In this document: in pieces, positions 1 through 8,950 of the stretch | Numbering within the stretch: position 1 is the first letter of the stretch | Layout: each line of letters begins with the position of its first letter | Assembly (NCBI GenBank): GCA_034723415.1 | Contig: JAYEOX010000076.1 | Span: 1 to 16,042 of the forward strand | Source of the DNA: Fidelibacterota bacterium | Lineage (GTDB): Bacteria; Fidelibacterota; Fidelibacteria; Fidelibacterales; Fidelibacteraceae | DNA length: 16,042 nucleotides | Reading direction: 5' to 3' | The notes under the pieces: generated by a model | Databases searched by the model: none | The model's input: only the letters and a program-made list of their open reading frames with translations | What the model was told of the DNA's origin: nothing | Position numbers and translations under genes: made by a program

Positions 1-97
1 TTTTGTTCGTTGCAAAACTTATAATTAAACATAGTTAGTTATTGTTCGTTTTTGTTCGTTGCTATTATCTTTTGTTCGCTGCAAAATTTATAATTAA
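1..97. repeat. Imperfect 28-bp direct repeat (1-28 and 70-97) with internal TTGTTCG units
   Basis: ttttgttcgttgcaaaacttataattaa vs ttttgttcgctgcaaaatttataattaa, 26/28 identical, period 69. Two more TTGTTCGTT units lie at 42-50 and 52-60. The second copy overlaps the ROK stop codon. Confidence 0.85.
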
Positions 98-996
98 TAA
101 ACGCTTTCCATTTCAACTAAACTTGCAGCTCCGATCAGTGTTGCAAATTCGCCAAGTTCACTTTTTTCTATTACAATATTTTTGCTTGGTTGTTCGAATA
201 TATTTTCCCTGATTGTCTTGTCGAGTGATTTTGAAAAGAATTCCCAGTTTGCAGCAATACTTCCGCCAACAATTAGAATTTCCGGATCTAACAAATTGAT
301 TATCGGAACAAGTGTAAATGCCAAATGTTTACCAAATTCATCAAATGTTTTTTTACATTTTTCATCACCCGCAAATGCCCGTTCGGAAATTTTTATCGGT
401 TCAACTTGTTCGCCATGTAATTTATTATGAATTGATTGCAAACCTCTGCCGGAGATATAATCTTCATAAATTCCATCTCTGTAAACATTTCGACCGATCT
501 CAGTTGCAGTTCCGGTAGCACCATGAAGAATTGCTCCATTCAAAATATATGCAAGTCCGTAACCGGTTCCCAAAGTTACAACAATGACATGTTTTTTCCC
601 CTGTGCTTTTCCCGCTTTTTGTTCGCCCAATCCGAAACAACTCGCATCGTTATCTACAAACACAGTTAAACCAATTGCTTCTTCCAATTTATCTTTCAGA
701 GGATAATTTCTCAATATTTTAATATTCAATGTTTCAAGAATCATTCCGGTAAATGGATTCAAAGGACCTGGTGAGCCGATGCCAACTCCTTTTATATCTG
801 ATTTTTTATGATCGTTCTTATCGAGTAATATTTTGATTTGACTTGCTATTCGTTCAACAAGTTCATCACCGGTTTTACAATCAAAAGAATCAAATCTGAT
901 CGTTTCCCCGATTATAGAATGATCTTTTCCTGAAACAATCCCAACTCTTACTTTTGTTCCGCCAAGATCGATTCCGATTAAATTTTTATTATTCAA
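94..996 (-). CDS. ROK family sugar kinase (glucokinase-like), no N-terminal HTH
   Basis: Motifs GIDLGGT, GIGSPG, VDNDA, TLGTGYG, EIG, IVGGSIA and LIGAA. The TTG start overlaps the upstream TGA stop (TTGA). AGGAGG is at 1014-1009. Confidence 0.93.
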   Translation of the reverse strand: MNNKNLIGIDLGGTKVRVGIVSGKDHSIIGETIRFDSFDCKTGDELVERIASQIKILLDKNDHKKSDIKGVGIGSPGPLNPFTGMILETLNIKILRNYPLKDKLEEAIGLTVFVDNDASCFGLGEQKAGKAQGKKHVIVVTLGTGYGLAYILNGAILHGATGTATEIGRNVYRDGIYEDYISGRGLQSIHNKLHGEQVEPIKISERAFAGDEKCKKTFDEFGKHLAFTLVPIINLLDPEILIVGGSIAANWEFFSKSLDKTIRENIFEQPSKNIVIEKSELGEFATLIGAASLVEMESVY

Positions 997-2396
997 AATG
1001 AGTCAAAACCTCCTACTGTATTTTTTATTTTACTTTCCCAATTGGAATCATGCCTCTCACCTCGTTTTGAACTATGTAATAATTCATAATCGCCAAAACC
1101 ATTTGGATCGTAAAAGACAAACATGACACCACCTTCCATTCCATAATATTGCCAGATCTCGTAAGGGCTGGTATCGGCAGTACTTGGTTTTTTTTCAATT
1201 TCATCCGGTTCGCCATATTTTATGATTGCTATTCCGCGATCTGTTAATGGACCTCTTGTCATTGAAGTAGAATATTTTTCAATAGCGTAGTTTATTCTCT
1301 TTTCGATCATTATTCTATATTCATTGGCGGGTGTTTTAATATTGGGATCTTTCCTTTCCCAAAATCCAATTAGGAATGATTGTTTTCCTGTTAAATTGCT
1401 TTTCTTAAACATTCTTTTTTCTTTATTTCCCATCAGGCATTTGATATTATTAAATATTGAATCTAATTCACTTTTTGATTTATTTTTTACCATTTCGGCA
1501 ATTAGTTCATTTGTCTGTAATTCCTCTGCCGGTCCCGTAAAATAAATTTTTTCTCTAACACTTGCTTTTTGTCCATTATTATTATCAACAACATTCAAAT
1601 TACCATAATAAATTCCCGGTTTCAAATCGGCAACATTAAATTTGTCAATAATCATGCTGTAATTCCCCGGTGTATCAAATGTCTTCTTTCCAAATGTCTT
1701 TACAATTTCATCATCCAGCGATAGAATTTCAAACCAATAGGTGTAATTATTTGCTTTATCACTTAACACTGTGAGATTATATATTTCCGTATATATTGTA
1801 ATATCGCTTAATTCTTCACTATACTCTCTTTGAGCGTAGGGAATAATATCATACATCCCGAATTTTGTAAATTTGTTTTCTTGTACTGTCTTTACCGCAT
1901 AGGATCCGATTTCAATATCACTGATATCTAATGAATCGGAAGAGAACGATTTGACTTCCATAGAAATTTGTAGAGTGCTGCTTTTCTCTGAATATGCATC
2001 TTTTACTTTTACTACTAATTGATAATTCCCCGGTGAAACACGCAACATTAATTGATCGGGAATTTTCTGGTTTGACTTCACCGAAAGCGTATCGCTTGTT
2101 ACATCATTGAGTTCCATTTCATTTGAAAATATTGCTTTTTTATCTGAATATAATGTGGTGGTAATCCAACAAGTCCCAATAAACTTCCCGTCTTTCTGTT
2201 TTTTCCAAGTGAGGTGCCCTCTATTTATTGAATAATAAATTTCCACAATAGACGGACCCTGTTGATCCGAAAATGAGGCATAATCCAATGCAAAAGGAAT
2301 CTTGTTTTTACTTGCTAAAACACTATTAGGAATTAAGACCATACTAAATAAAAGAACTAAAACATAATTTCTTATTTTTCTCATAATTTTCTCCAT
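993..2396 (-). CDS. Secreted GWxTD-domain-containing protein
   Basis: Signal peptide (RKIRNYVLVLLFSMVLIPNSVLA) and a beta-rich N-terminal region. The C-terminal FWERKDP..TPANEY..RINYA..GPLTDRG..KYGEPDEIE..PYEIWQY..FVFYD..GFGDYELLHS follows the GWxTD pattern. The start could be Met5. Confidence 0.88.
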   Translation of the reverse strand: MEKIMRKIRNYVLVLLFSMVLIPNSVLASKNKIPFALDYASFSDQQGPSIVEIYYSINRGHLTWKKQKDGKFIGTCWITTTLYSDKKAIFSNEMELNDVTSDTLSVKSNQKIPDQLMLRVSPGNYQLVVKVKDAYSEKSSTLQISMEVKSFSSDSLDISDIEIGSYAVKTVQENKFTKFGMYDIIPYAQREYSEELSDITIYTEIYNLTVLSDKANNYTYWFEILSLDDEIVKTFGKKTFDTPGNYSMIIDKFNVADLKPGIYYGNLNVVDNNNGQKASVREKIYFTGPAEELQTNELIAEMVKNKSKSELDSIFNNIKCLMGNKEKRMFKKSNLTGKQSFLIGFWERKDPNIKTPANEYRIMIEKRINYAIEKYSTSMTRGPLTDRGIAIIKYGEPDEIEKKPSTADTSPYEIWQYYGMEGGVMFVFYDPNGFGDYELLHSSKRGERHDSNWESKIKNTVGGFDSF

Positions 2397-2406
2397 TTTT
2401 TTTCTT

Positions 2407-2436
2407 TAGCAACTAACAAAAACCAACAACAACTAA
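2407..2436 (+). repeat. Dispersed 30-bp repeat, inverted copy of 35-64
   Basis: tagcaactaacaaaaaccaacaacaactaa matches the reverse complement of 35-64 (tagcaacgaacaaaaacgaacaataactaa) at 27/30. Confidence 0.8.
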
Positions 2437-2544
2437 TCTCTTTTTATATTTACAAAATGATAAATATTATTTTTTTGTTTATTCTTGCCGGTTTTGTGAA
2501 AATATTCTCACCATAATTTTTCTATTTTTTTCTGTGACTTCGTT

Positions 2545-5500
2545 TTATGTTGAACTTGTTGAAGTGTCCTTTTGGGAGACTTCTTTTTCATTGTCAAATC
2601 TTACTGAAACAATTTTGGAAACGCCTTCTTCTTGCATTGTTACTCCATAGAGATAATTAGCTGACTTCATTGTCATTTTATTATGAGTTACAATAACAAA
2701 TTGTGTTCTATCTGTAAAATGTAACAGAGCTTTATTAAATCTTTCAACATTCATATCGTCTAAAGGAGCATCTATTTCATCTAAAATACAATATGGAGAT
2801 GGCTTCACTAAATAAATAGCAAATAAAAGCGAAATAGCAGTTAAAGCTTTTTCACCACCGGATAGAGCGCGAATTGACTTCATCTCTTTTCCCTTTGGAC
2901 GAGATAATATTTCAATATCTGCTTCTAACGGATCGGGGTCACCAACCAATTTTAAATCACAATTACCGTCCGGGAAAAACATATCGTATGTCTTGACGAA
3001 ATTTTGTTTGATCTGACCAAATGTTTTGATATATTTTTGACGAGCTTCCTTATCTAATTTATCTATTGTTTCAAGTATGCTTTCTTCAGCTTCTACCAGA
3101 TCTTCTTTCTGTTCTTTAATGAATTTCAATCGAGTCGATTCTTCTTCGTATTCCGTTTTAATTGCCATATTTATTGGGCCGATAAGTTCAATTTGATTTT
3201 TTAATTTTTCAATTTTTACCTGCATTTCAACTTCTGACAGATCTGATATAATATATTCTTTCTTTAGAATATCGATCCTGTAACGATCTTTTATTCTCTC
3301 TATAAGCTGATCCTTTTCAGTTTTCATTTCGTTTAATTTAATTTCTATATCCCTTAAACTTTGAAAAACATTTTCTTGGTTTTTGTGCTTCTCCGTAATG
3401 GAATGTTCTACTTCATAAATTTGCTTCTTCTTTTTTTGATATTCGCTATTAACCTTAATTTCATCATTTTTTACAACATTTAATTTATCGTTTAATTTTT
3501 CCAGATCAATTTTTAATTTTTTCTGTTCTAATTTCCCTTGTTCAATAATATCCTGAAAAGATTTAAGTTCTTTTTCAATAATTTTCATTCTGTTGGATAA
3601 TTCCTTGATCGTGTCAATAGCATTTTGGAAACGAAAATTTGTTGTCTCTTTCTCTCTCTCAATTGTGATTAATTTTATTCTCGTCTCTTGTGTCTCTTGG
3701 AAATATTTTTCTTTGATCTCAGATATCTCATTATATTTATTTTTTGCTACATTAAATCGGGTTTCGGTTTCACTAATTGATAACTCCGCATTTTTGTTCT
3801 CTTTTATCAACTCTTTTAATGATTTTTCAATATCTTGCAACTTATAACTATATGTTGATGTTTTTTGCTCAATGTTATCAAACGATTTTTTATATTGCTC
3901 AATTGAAAATTCCGCTTTATCTATTTTTTTATCAGTTTCATTTTGGATATCTTTTAATTTTTTGATTTCAGCAATTATTTTCTCAATTGTTTTTTTTATT
4001 GTTAATAGCGATTGCTGATCTTTCTTTAAATTATTATTTGCTGATAATATTTCACTTTCAATTTTTTCAGCTGATCGTTTTAATGATTTGATCCGTTCTT
4101 TCCTGCCAACTAAATTTTGGAATTTTGAACCGCGTCCACCTTTGATAATTCCCTTTTTATTTATATAATCGCCTTCTAATGTAACAAAACAAAATTTATT
4201 TTCATTTAATAATTTATTGGGTATTTTTTTCAGCGATTTAACAATGATCAAGTCATTCAAAAAATAATCAATTAAAACTTTTGCTTTCTTATCAAATTTA
4301 ATAAAATCCTTTGCATAACCAATTATATTTGAATCTTTATTGTCATATTTTATAGATTTGGTAATGAACTTTTGTACAGTATCTATTGGAACGATAGTGA
4401 TCCGCCCTTCTTTTTTCGTGTTTATGCCTTCAACGATTTCCAATGCAGCTTTCTTTGTTTCAGTTACAAGATAACCGGCAATATCACCCATCCCAACTTC
4501 AACAGCAGCAGAATATTTTTTATCTACTTTAATTAAATCAGAAATAGTTCCCAATACCTTCGGATGTTTTATTGTTTTAATTGCATATTTTACACCGGAA
4601 CTATAGCCACTATAGGATTCCATCAGCCCACTTAAAAATTCCTTCTCATTTTTGTTTCTATCCAACTGAGAATTCAATTTATTGATCTCTTCTTTTTGCA
4701 GATCAATATTTTTATCAATTGATGTTCGCTCTTTTTCAGCAGAAGATAATTTCTCTTGATTAATTTTAATTTCTTTATCTACTTTTGACTTCTGCTCAGT
4801 ATAAATTATCTTATCTTTCTTATTTTGTGATACTTGTTTCTCTAATTCGCTTTTTTGCTGATCTTGTTCTTCTGATAATTGTAGAAAATTTTCTTTTTGA
4901 TCTTTTAATCTATTTTTTTTCTGTAATAGTTCCGCTGCCTTTCGATTTTTTTCTATTTTATCATTTTGAATAGCTGTAAGACGGTCATTAATTTTTTGAT
5001 ACTCTTTTTCAATTTCTTCATCCTTTTTCTTCTTCCCATCATACTCTTTTTCCAATAGCTTTATCTGAGGATCATTCTTATTCAGTTGATTAGATAATTC
5101 ATCTCGTATCTTTTCGTTTGATTTTATTCTCGATTCTGAATTTGCCTTTTCTTCATCTAAACGATCTATATTTACTCTTGCATTTTGTAATTTTTCATCC
5201 CAAACCAAATATTGTGAATCGTTTTTACTTATTGTATCTTTCAATTCATTGATATTTTCGGTGATATTTGAACTTCTAACTTCAATTTTGTCCATATCTT
5301 TACGATATCGCTCTAACATAGATTCTTCAATTGTAAGTTGCTTTCCGGTATCTTTTCTTTTTACTTGGTTTTCAGATAATTGTTTTTCTAATGGTTTTAT
5401 CAGCTTTTCTAATTTTTCATGCTTCATTTGAGCATATTGGATCTCTATATCCTTTAATTTTTCAGAATATTCTTCATATTTTTCATAGCGTTTTAATTGT

Positions 5501-6120
5501 CTTTTCAATGATCTGATATTCTTTTCAATTTCATAAATAATATCCTCAAGCCGTTCAAGATCTTCACGAGTCGAATCTAATTTTCGAAATGAGCTTTTCC
5601 GCTGACTTTTGTATTTATTTATTCCCGCAGCTTCTTCAAACAATAATTTTCTATGTGTCTTATCTACATTTAAAATTTCTTCAACCATTTTTAATTCAAT
5701 GACAGAATATGCATTGGTGCTCATTCCTGTATCAATAAATAGATCATTAATGTCTTTCAGGCGAACAGGAACATCATTTAGCAAATATTCGCTTGTACCG
5801 TCACGATATAATCTTCTACATACAACAACATCTGTATAAGCAACAGATAAAATTCCCTCATTATTATGAATAGTCAAAGCAACTTCAGCATAATTTAACT
5901 GTTTTCGTGTTTTAGATCCGGAAAAGATAACATCTGTCATTTTCGTGGAACGAAGCAATGTCGTATGCTGTTCGCCCATCACCCAACGGATCGCATCAAC
6001 AATATTTGTCTTACCGCAACCATTAGGTCCGACAATTGAAGTTATACCTCTGTCAAACTGTAAAATTGTCTTTTGTGGAAAGGATTTAAACCCGAATATT
6101 TCTAATTTTGATATATACAT
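2545..6120 (-). CDS. smc: Chromosome segregation protein SMC
   Basis: 1191 aa. N-terminal GFKSF, Walker A GPNGCGKTN, FEEAAGI, long coiled coils flanking a hinge, signature LSGGE, Walker B/D-loop ILDEIDAPLD, H-loop VTHN. Confidence 0.98.
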   Translation of the reverse strand: MYISKLEIFGFKSFPQKTILQFDRGITSIVGPNGCGKTNIVDAIRWVMGEQHTTLLRSTKMTDVIFSGSKTRKQLNYAEVALTIHNNEGILSVAYTDVVVCRRLYRDGTSEYLLNDVPVRLKDINDLFIDTGMSTNAYSVIELKMVEEILNVDKTHRKLLFEEAAGINKYKSQRKSSFRKLDSTREDLERLEDIIYEIEKNIRSLKRQLKRYEKYEEYSEKLKDIEIQYAQMKHEKLEKLIKPLEKQLSENQVKRKDTGKQLTIEESMLERYRKDMDKIEVRSSNITENINELKDTISKNDSQYLVWDEKLQNARVNIDRLDEEKANSESRIKSNEKIRDELSNQLNKNDPQIKLLEKEYDGKKKKDEEIEKEYQKINDRLTAIQNDKIEKNRKAAELLQKKNRLKDQKENFLQLSEEQDQQKSELEKQVSQNKKDKIIYTEQKSKVDKEIKINQEKLSSAEKERTSIDKNIDLQKEEINKLNSQLDRNKNEKEFLSGLMESYSGYSSGVKYAIKTIKHPKVLGTISDLIKVDKKYSAAVEVGMGDIAGYLVTETKKAALEIVEGINTKKEGRITIVPIDTVQKFITKSIKYDNKDSNIIGYAKDFIKFDKKAKVLIDYFLNDLIIVKSLKKIPNKLLNENKFCFVTLEGDYINKKGIIKGGRGSKFQNLVGRKERIKSLKRSAEKIESEILSANNNLKKDQQSLLTIKKTIEKIIAEIKKLKDIQNETDKKIDKAEFSIEQYKKSFDNIEQKTSTYSYKLQDIEKSLKELIKENKNAELSISETETRFNVAKNKYNEISEIKEKYFQETQETRIKLITIEREKETTNFRFQNAIDTIKELSNRMKIIEKELKSFQDIIEQGKLEQKKLKIDLEKLNDKLNVVKNDEIKVNSEYQKKKKQIYEVEHSITEKHKNQENVFQSLRDIEIKLNEMKTEKDQLIERIKDRYRIDILKKEYIISDLSEVEMQVKIEKLKNQIELIGPINMAIKTEYEEESTRLKFIKEQKEDLVEAEESILETIDKLDKEARQKYIKTFGQIKQNFVKTYDMFFPDGNCDLKLVGDPDPLEADIEILSRPKGKEMKSIRALSGGEKALTAISLLFAIYLVKPSPYCILDEIDAPLDDMNVERFNKALLHFTDRTQFVIVTHNKMTMKSANYLYGVTMQEEGVSKIVSVRFDNEKEVSQKDTSTSST

Positions 6121-6301
6121 TTATTTTATTCTCTATTGGTTAAGTTAACATTCTTGCATAATTATATAAATTTACAAATAAATTTATCTATTTCAAATTA
6201 TAATATTGAAATTTTATGATAGAAAATAATAGCTGGTTTTATTATTTACTTTTATTTTTCGCTGCCGAAATTATTTTTTTAAAAATGAAAAACAACACAG
6301 C

Positions 6302-6331
6302 ATAATATGTAGTACTGTAGAAATAATACAA
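6302..6331 (-). promoter_or_regulatory. Putative sigma70 promoter facing smc (TTGTAT-N18-TATTAT), overlapped by an NrdR-box-like site at 6300-6315
   Basis: Minus-strand hexamers at 6331-6326 and 6307-6302. gCATAATATGTAGTac resembles the NrdR consensus acaCwAtATaTwGtg. Chance matches are likely in AT-rich DNA. Confidence 0.35.
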
Positions 6332-6407
6332 ATACAATTAAAAATTAAAATTGAAAAAATTTGGAATTATCAAAATATTAAAATATATTTTACCAAAAGG
6401 AGAAAAA

Positions 6408-7640
6408 ATGAAAAAAGCCATATTTATTTTTATTGTCGCATTATTACTTTGGGTAATTATCTTTCCTCAAATCATTTACTACCCCTATCCGCATAATTCT
6501 CAAAATGTTCAAACAGTGTTAGAATCTGCTGTTCAGGATTCTGCTTTTCCAGGAGGAGTATTAATTGCAGGTAACAAAAATAAGATCCTAATAAAACAAT
6601 CTTTTGGATTTCATACTTATTCAAAAAAAGTCCCAACAAAAACCGACGATATTTTCGACTTGGCTTCAATAACTAAAGTTATTTCTACAACTTCTGCTAC
6701 AATGAAATTATATGAATCTAATCAAATAAATTTAAATGATAAAGTGACGAAATATATACCGCAATTTGCAAAAAACGATGAAGGGAAATCCGGAAAACGA
6801 GATGAAGTTACGATCAGACATTTACTTACGCATACATCCGGGCTTCCACCATTCCGGCATTTTTACAAAATGGAATCACCGCTTGACAGCATTTTTATAA
6901 CAAAATTAAATAATCCGCCTGGAGAAAAATATAAATATTCAGATGTCGGAATTATTATTTTAGGGAAAATTATTGAAAGAATTTCTAATTTAACTCTAGC
7001 CGAATATACACAAAAAAACATATTTGAACCTTTAGAAATGAATTCAACTTTTTATAATCCACCTGAATCAAAATTAAATAGAATTGTACCTACAGAGTAT
7101 TCGGAAAAAGAAGGAAAATTTATCAAAGGACATGCTCACGATGAAAATGCATATAGTTTAGATGGAATTGCCGGTCATGCGGGATTGTTTTCTTCGGCAA
7201 ATGATCTTTCAATTTTTTCACAAATGATGTTAAATAATGGGGAGTTGAACAAAACGAAAATTTTTAACATGGAAACAATCGAATTATTTACTAAACGTGC
7301 AAAAATAATTGAAGATAATTCTCGTTGTCTCGGCTGGGATAGTCCTGATGGGGAATGCTCCGGTGGATTATTTACAAGTAAAGAAAGTTACGGTCACACC
7401 GGTTTTACAGGCACATCATTATGGATAGATCCAACTAATAATTTATTTGTTATTTTACTTACAAATGCAGTTAATCCATATCGTTCTTATAAATATCCAA
7501 ACTATTTTCAATGGCGACAATTAATTCATTCCAAAGCTTATGAAGCATTAAATATTACGAAAAGAAATAGAAACTGTGAATGCAAAAATAGATGGGAAGT
7601 TAGTATTGTTAAATATCTCTATTTAAAAATATTTGGCTGA
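6408..7640 (+). CDS. Serine hydrolase, beta-lactamase class C-related (AmiE/YbbE-like), N-terminal signal or anchor
   Basis: FDLASITK (SxxK), LLTHTSG, YKYSD (YxN position), HDENA, GHAGLFS, YGHTGFTGT. ATG 6408 follows AGGAG and begins a hydrophobic leader, so it is preferred over TTG 6351. Confidence 0.9.
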   Translation: MKKAIFIFIVALLLWVIIFPQIIYYPYPHNSQNVQTVLESAVQDSAFPGGVLIAGNKNKILIKQSFGFHTYSKKVPTKTDDIFDLASITKVISTTSATMKLYESNQINLNDKVTKYIPQFAKNDEGKSGKRDEVTIRHLLTHTSGLPPFRHFYKMESPLDSIFITKLNNPPGEKYKYSDVGIIILGKIIERISNLTLAEYTQKNIFEPLEMNSTFYNPPESKLNRIVPTEYSEKEGKFIKGHAHDENAYSLDGIAGHAGLFSSANDLSIFSQMMLNNGELNKTKIFNMETIELFTKRAKIIEDNSRCLGWDSPDGECSGGLFTSKESYGHTGFTGTSLWIDPTNNLFVILLTNAVNPYRSYKYPNYFQWRQLIHSKAYEALNITKRNRNCECKNRWEVSIVKYLYLKIFG

Positions 7641-7720
7641 AAACAAGTTGGGAATTGAGGACTATACTTCTCGCTAAGACGACAAGCCGGAAAAAATTAC
7701 ATATATTTTATTCATTAATC

Positions 7721-7763
7721 CTTTGCATTTTTTGCGCTTCTTTGTGATCTTTGCGCACTTTGT
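7721..7763. repeat. Degenerate ~9-nt tandem repeat (YTTTGY core, 5 units)
   Basis: ctttgcatt ttttgcgctt ctttgtgat ctttgcgca ctttgt. Confidence 0.65.
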
Positions 7764-7807
7764 AAAAGCGAAACATATTTCATTGAGATTCGTTACTATA
7801 TAATTTT

Positions 7808-7874
7808 TTATTGTTAGTTATTGCCTGTCCTGTGAAATTCAGTTTACTGAATATTTCATTGGGGTTAGTTGCTA
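7808..7874. repeat. Third copy of the dispersed repeat, interrupted by a 41-bp palindromic REP/MITE-like insert (7824-7864)
   Basis: Removing 7824-7864 gives ttattgttagttattgttagttgcta, 23/26 identical to 39-64. The insert folds as tgaaat-tcagt/actga-(at)-atttca. It lies between convergent genes. Confidence 0.7.
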
Positions 7875-7884
7875 ATTTAATATA

Positions 7885-8904
7885 TTATTTCCTAAACCCG
7901 GAAGTTTCCTTTACAAAAAATTCTTCCTCATTTCTAAAAATAAAATATCCTTCTACATTCGGAATATTTTCTACAAATTTGAATCCTTTTTTTTCACCCA
8001 GAATTATTGAAGCAGTTGCAATTGCGTCTGCATAAGTGCAATTTTCTGCTACAATAGTTACGCTGGCAAGATTATGTGATATTGGTTTTCCCGTTTTAGG
8101 ATTTATCAAATGTGAAATTCTTTTTCCATTTTTCGTGTAAAAATTTCTATAATCTCCGGATGTAGCTACACCTTTATTTTCTACTTGTAAAATCGATTGC
8201 AACTTTTCTCCGGGCATGTTATTTGTTTTAGGGACATCAATTCCCAACTTCCATTTTTTATTATTCTTCCTTCCACTTGCAAATACTTCACCACCTATTT
8301 CAACTATAAAATTTTTATAGCCACCGGTAATCAACATTTGTGCTACTTTATCAACTCCATATCCCTTAGCAATTGCAGACAGATCTAACTTTAAATTGGA
8401 ATTAGATTTTATCAGCTTTTGTTTTTCAATTATAATTTTATCAAATCCGACAAATTGTTTTATTGAATCTATTTTTGATTTGGATATACTTTTTGGTTCG
8501 TCACCTGTTGTTCCGAATCCATAATAATTTATTAACGGAGCGATCGTTGGATCAAATGCACCATCTGATTCTTGATGAATCTCTTTAGCGATTTTGGTCA
8601 AATTGTAAAATTCATTGGATATTGAAAATGGTTTTATGGAATGATAGTCATTGAATTTGGAAATTTCACTTTGAGGATCAAATGGGTTCATTTTTTTATT
8701 AACTCTTTGCAAACACAATTCTACCTTTTCTTTTGCTAAAGATAATTCATCCTGTGACAAACTCGGCTCGTTAATAGTTACATTATAAACCGTCCCCATT
8801 GTTTGTCCGCTAAATTTATGCAGCACATCTTTTTTAGAACAGTTAATAAACGAAAATATTAGAATGGACAATAAATACATTTTGAAGATGTTTGATTTTT
8901 TCAT
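7885..8904 (-). CDS. apbE: FAD:protein FMN transferase (ApbE/Ftp), probable lipoprotein
   Basis: Motifs TMGT, FDPTI, DLSAIAKGYGVD, EIGGE, ATSGDYRNF, SHLINPKTG, ADAIATA. The signal peptide ends in FINC (Cys22). Confidence 0.96.
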   Translation of the reverse strand: MKKSNIFKMYLLSILIFSFINCSKKDVLHKFSGQTMGTVYNVTINEPSLSQDELSLAKEKVELCLQRVNKKMNPFDPQSEISKFNDYHSIKPFSISNEFYNLTKIAKEIHQESDGAFDPTIAPLINYYGFGTTGDEPKSISKSKIDSIKQFVGFDKIIIEKQKLIKSNSNLKLDLSAIAKGYGVDKVAQMLITGGYKNFIVEIGGEVFASGRKNNKKWKLGIDVPKTNNMPGEKLQSILQVENKGVATSGDYRNFYTKNGKRISHLINPKTGKPISHNLASVTIVAENCTYADAIATASIILGEKKGFKFVENIPNVEGYFIFRNEEEFFVKETSGFRK

Positions 8905-8950
8905 ATTCGATAACCGTGTTTTATTTTACTCTAAATTTTGCTTTAAATCA

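Noticed and set aside
44..57. LexA/SOS box from the GTTC repeats
   Set aside because: The spacing is GTTC-N6-GTTC, not the alphaproteobacterial N7, and it is not the palindromic GAAC-N4-GTTC. The dispersed repeat explains it better.
1..97. CRISPR array end (28-bp repeats, 41-bp spacer)
   Set aside because: Only two copies are visible, the spacer itself contains repeat units, one copy overlaps a stop codon, and there are no cas genes in the window.
2545..6120. Wadjet/MksB or SbcC-type defence or repair SMC-like protein
   Set aside because: Length, hinge and motifs match canonical housekeeping Smc, and no jet/mks or sbcD partners are adjacent.
6351..6407. TTG start at 6351 for the serine hydrolase
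   Set aside because: ATG 6408 has an AGGAG RBS and directly begins the signal sequence.
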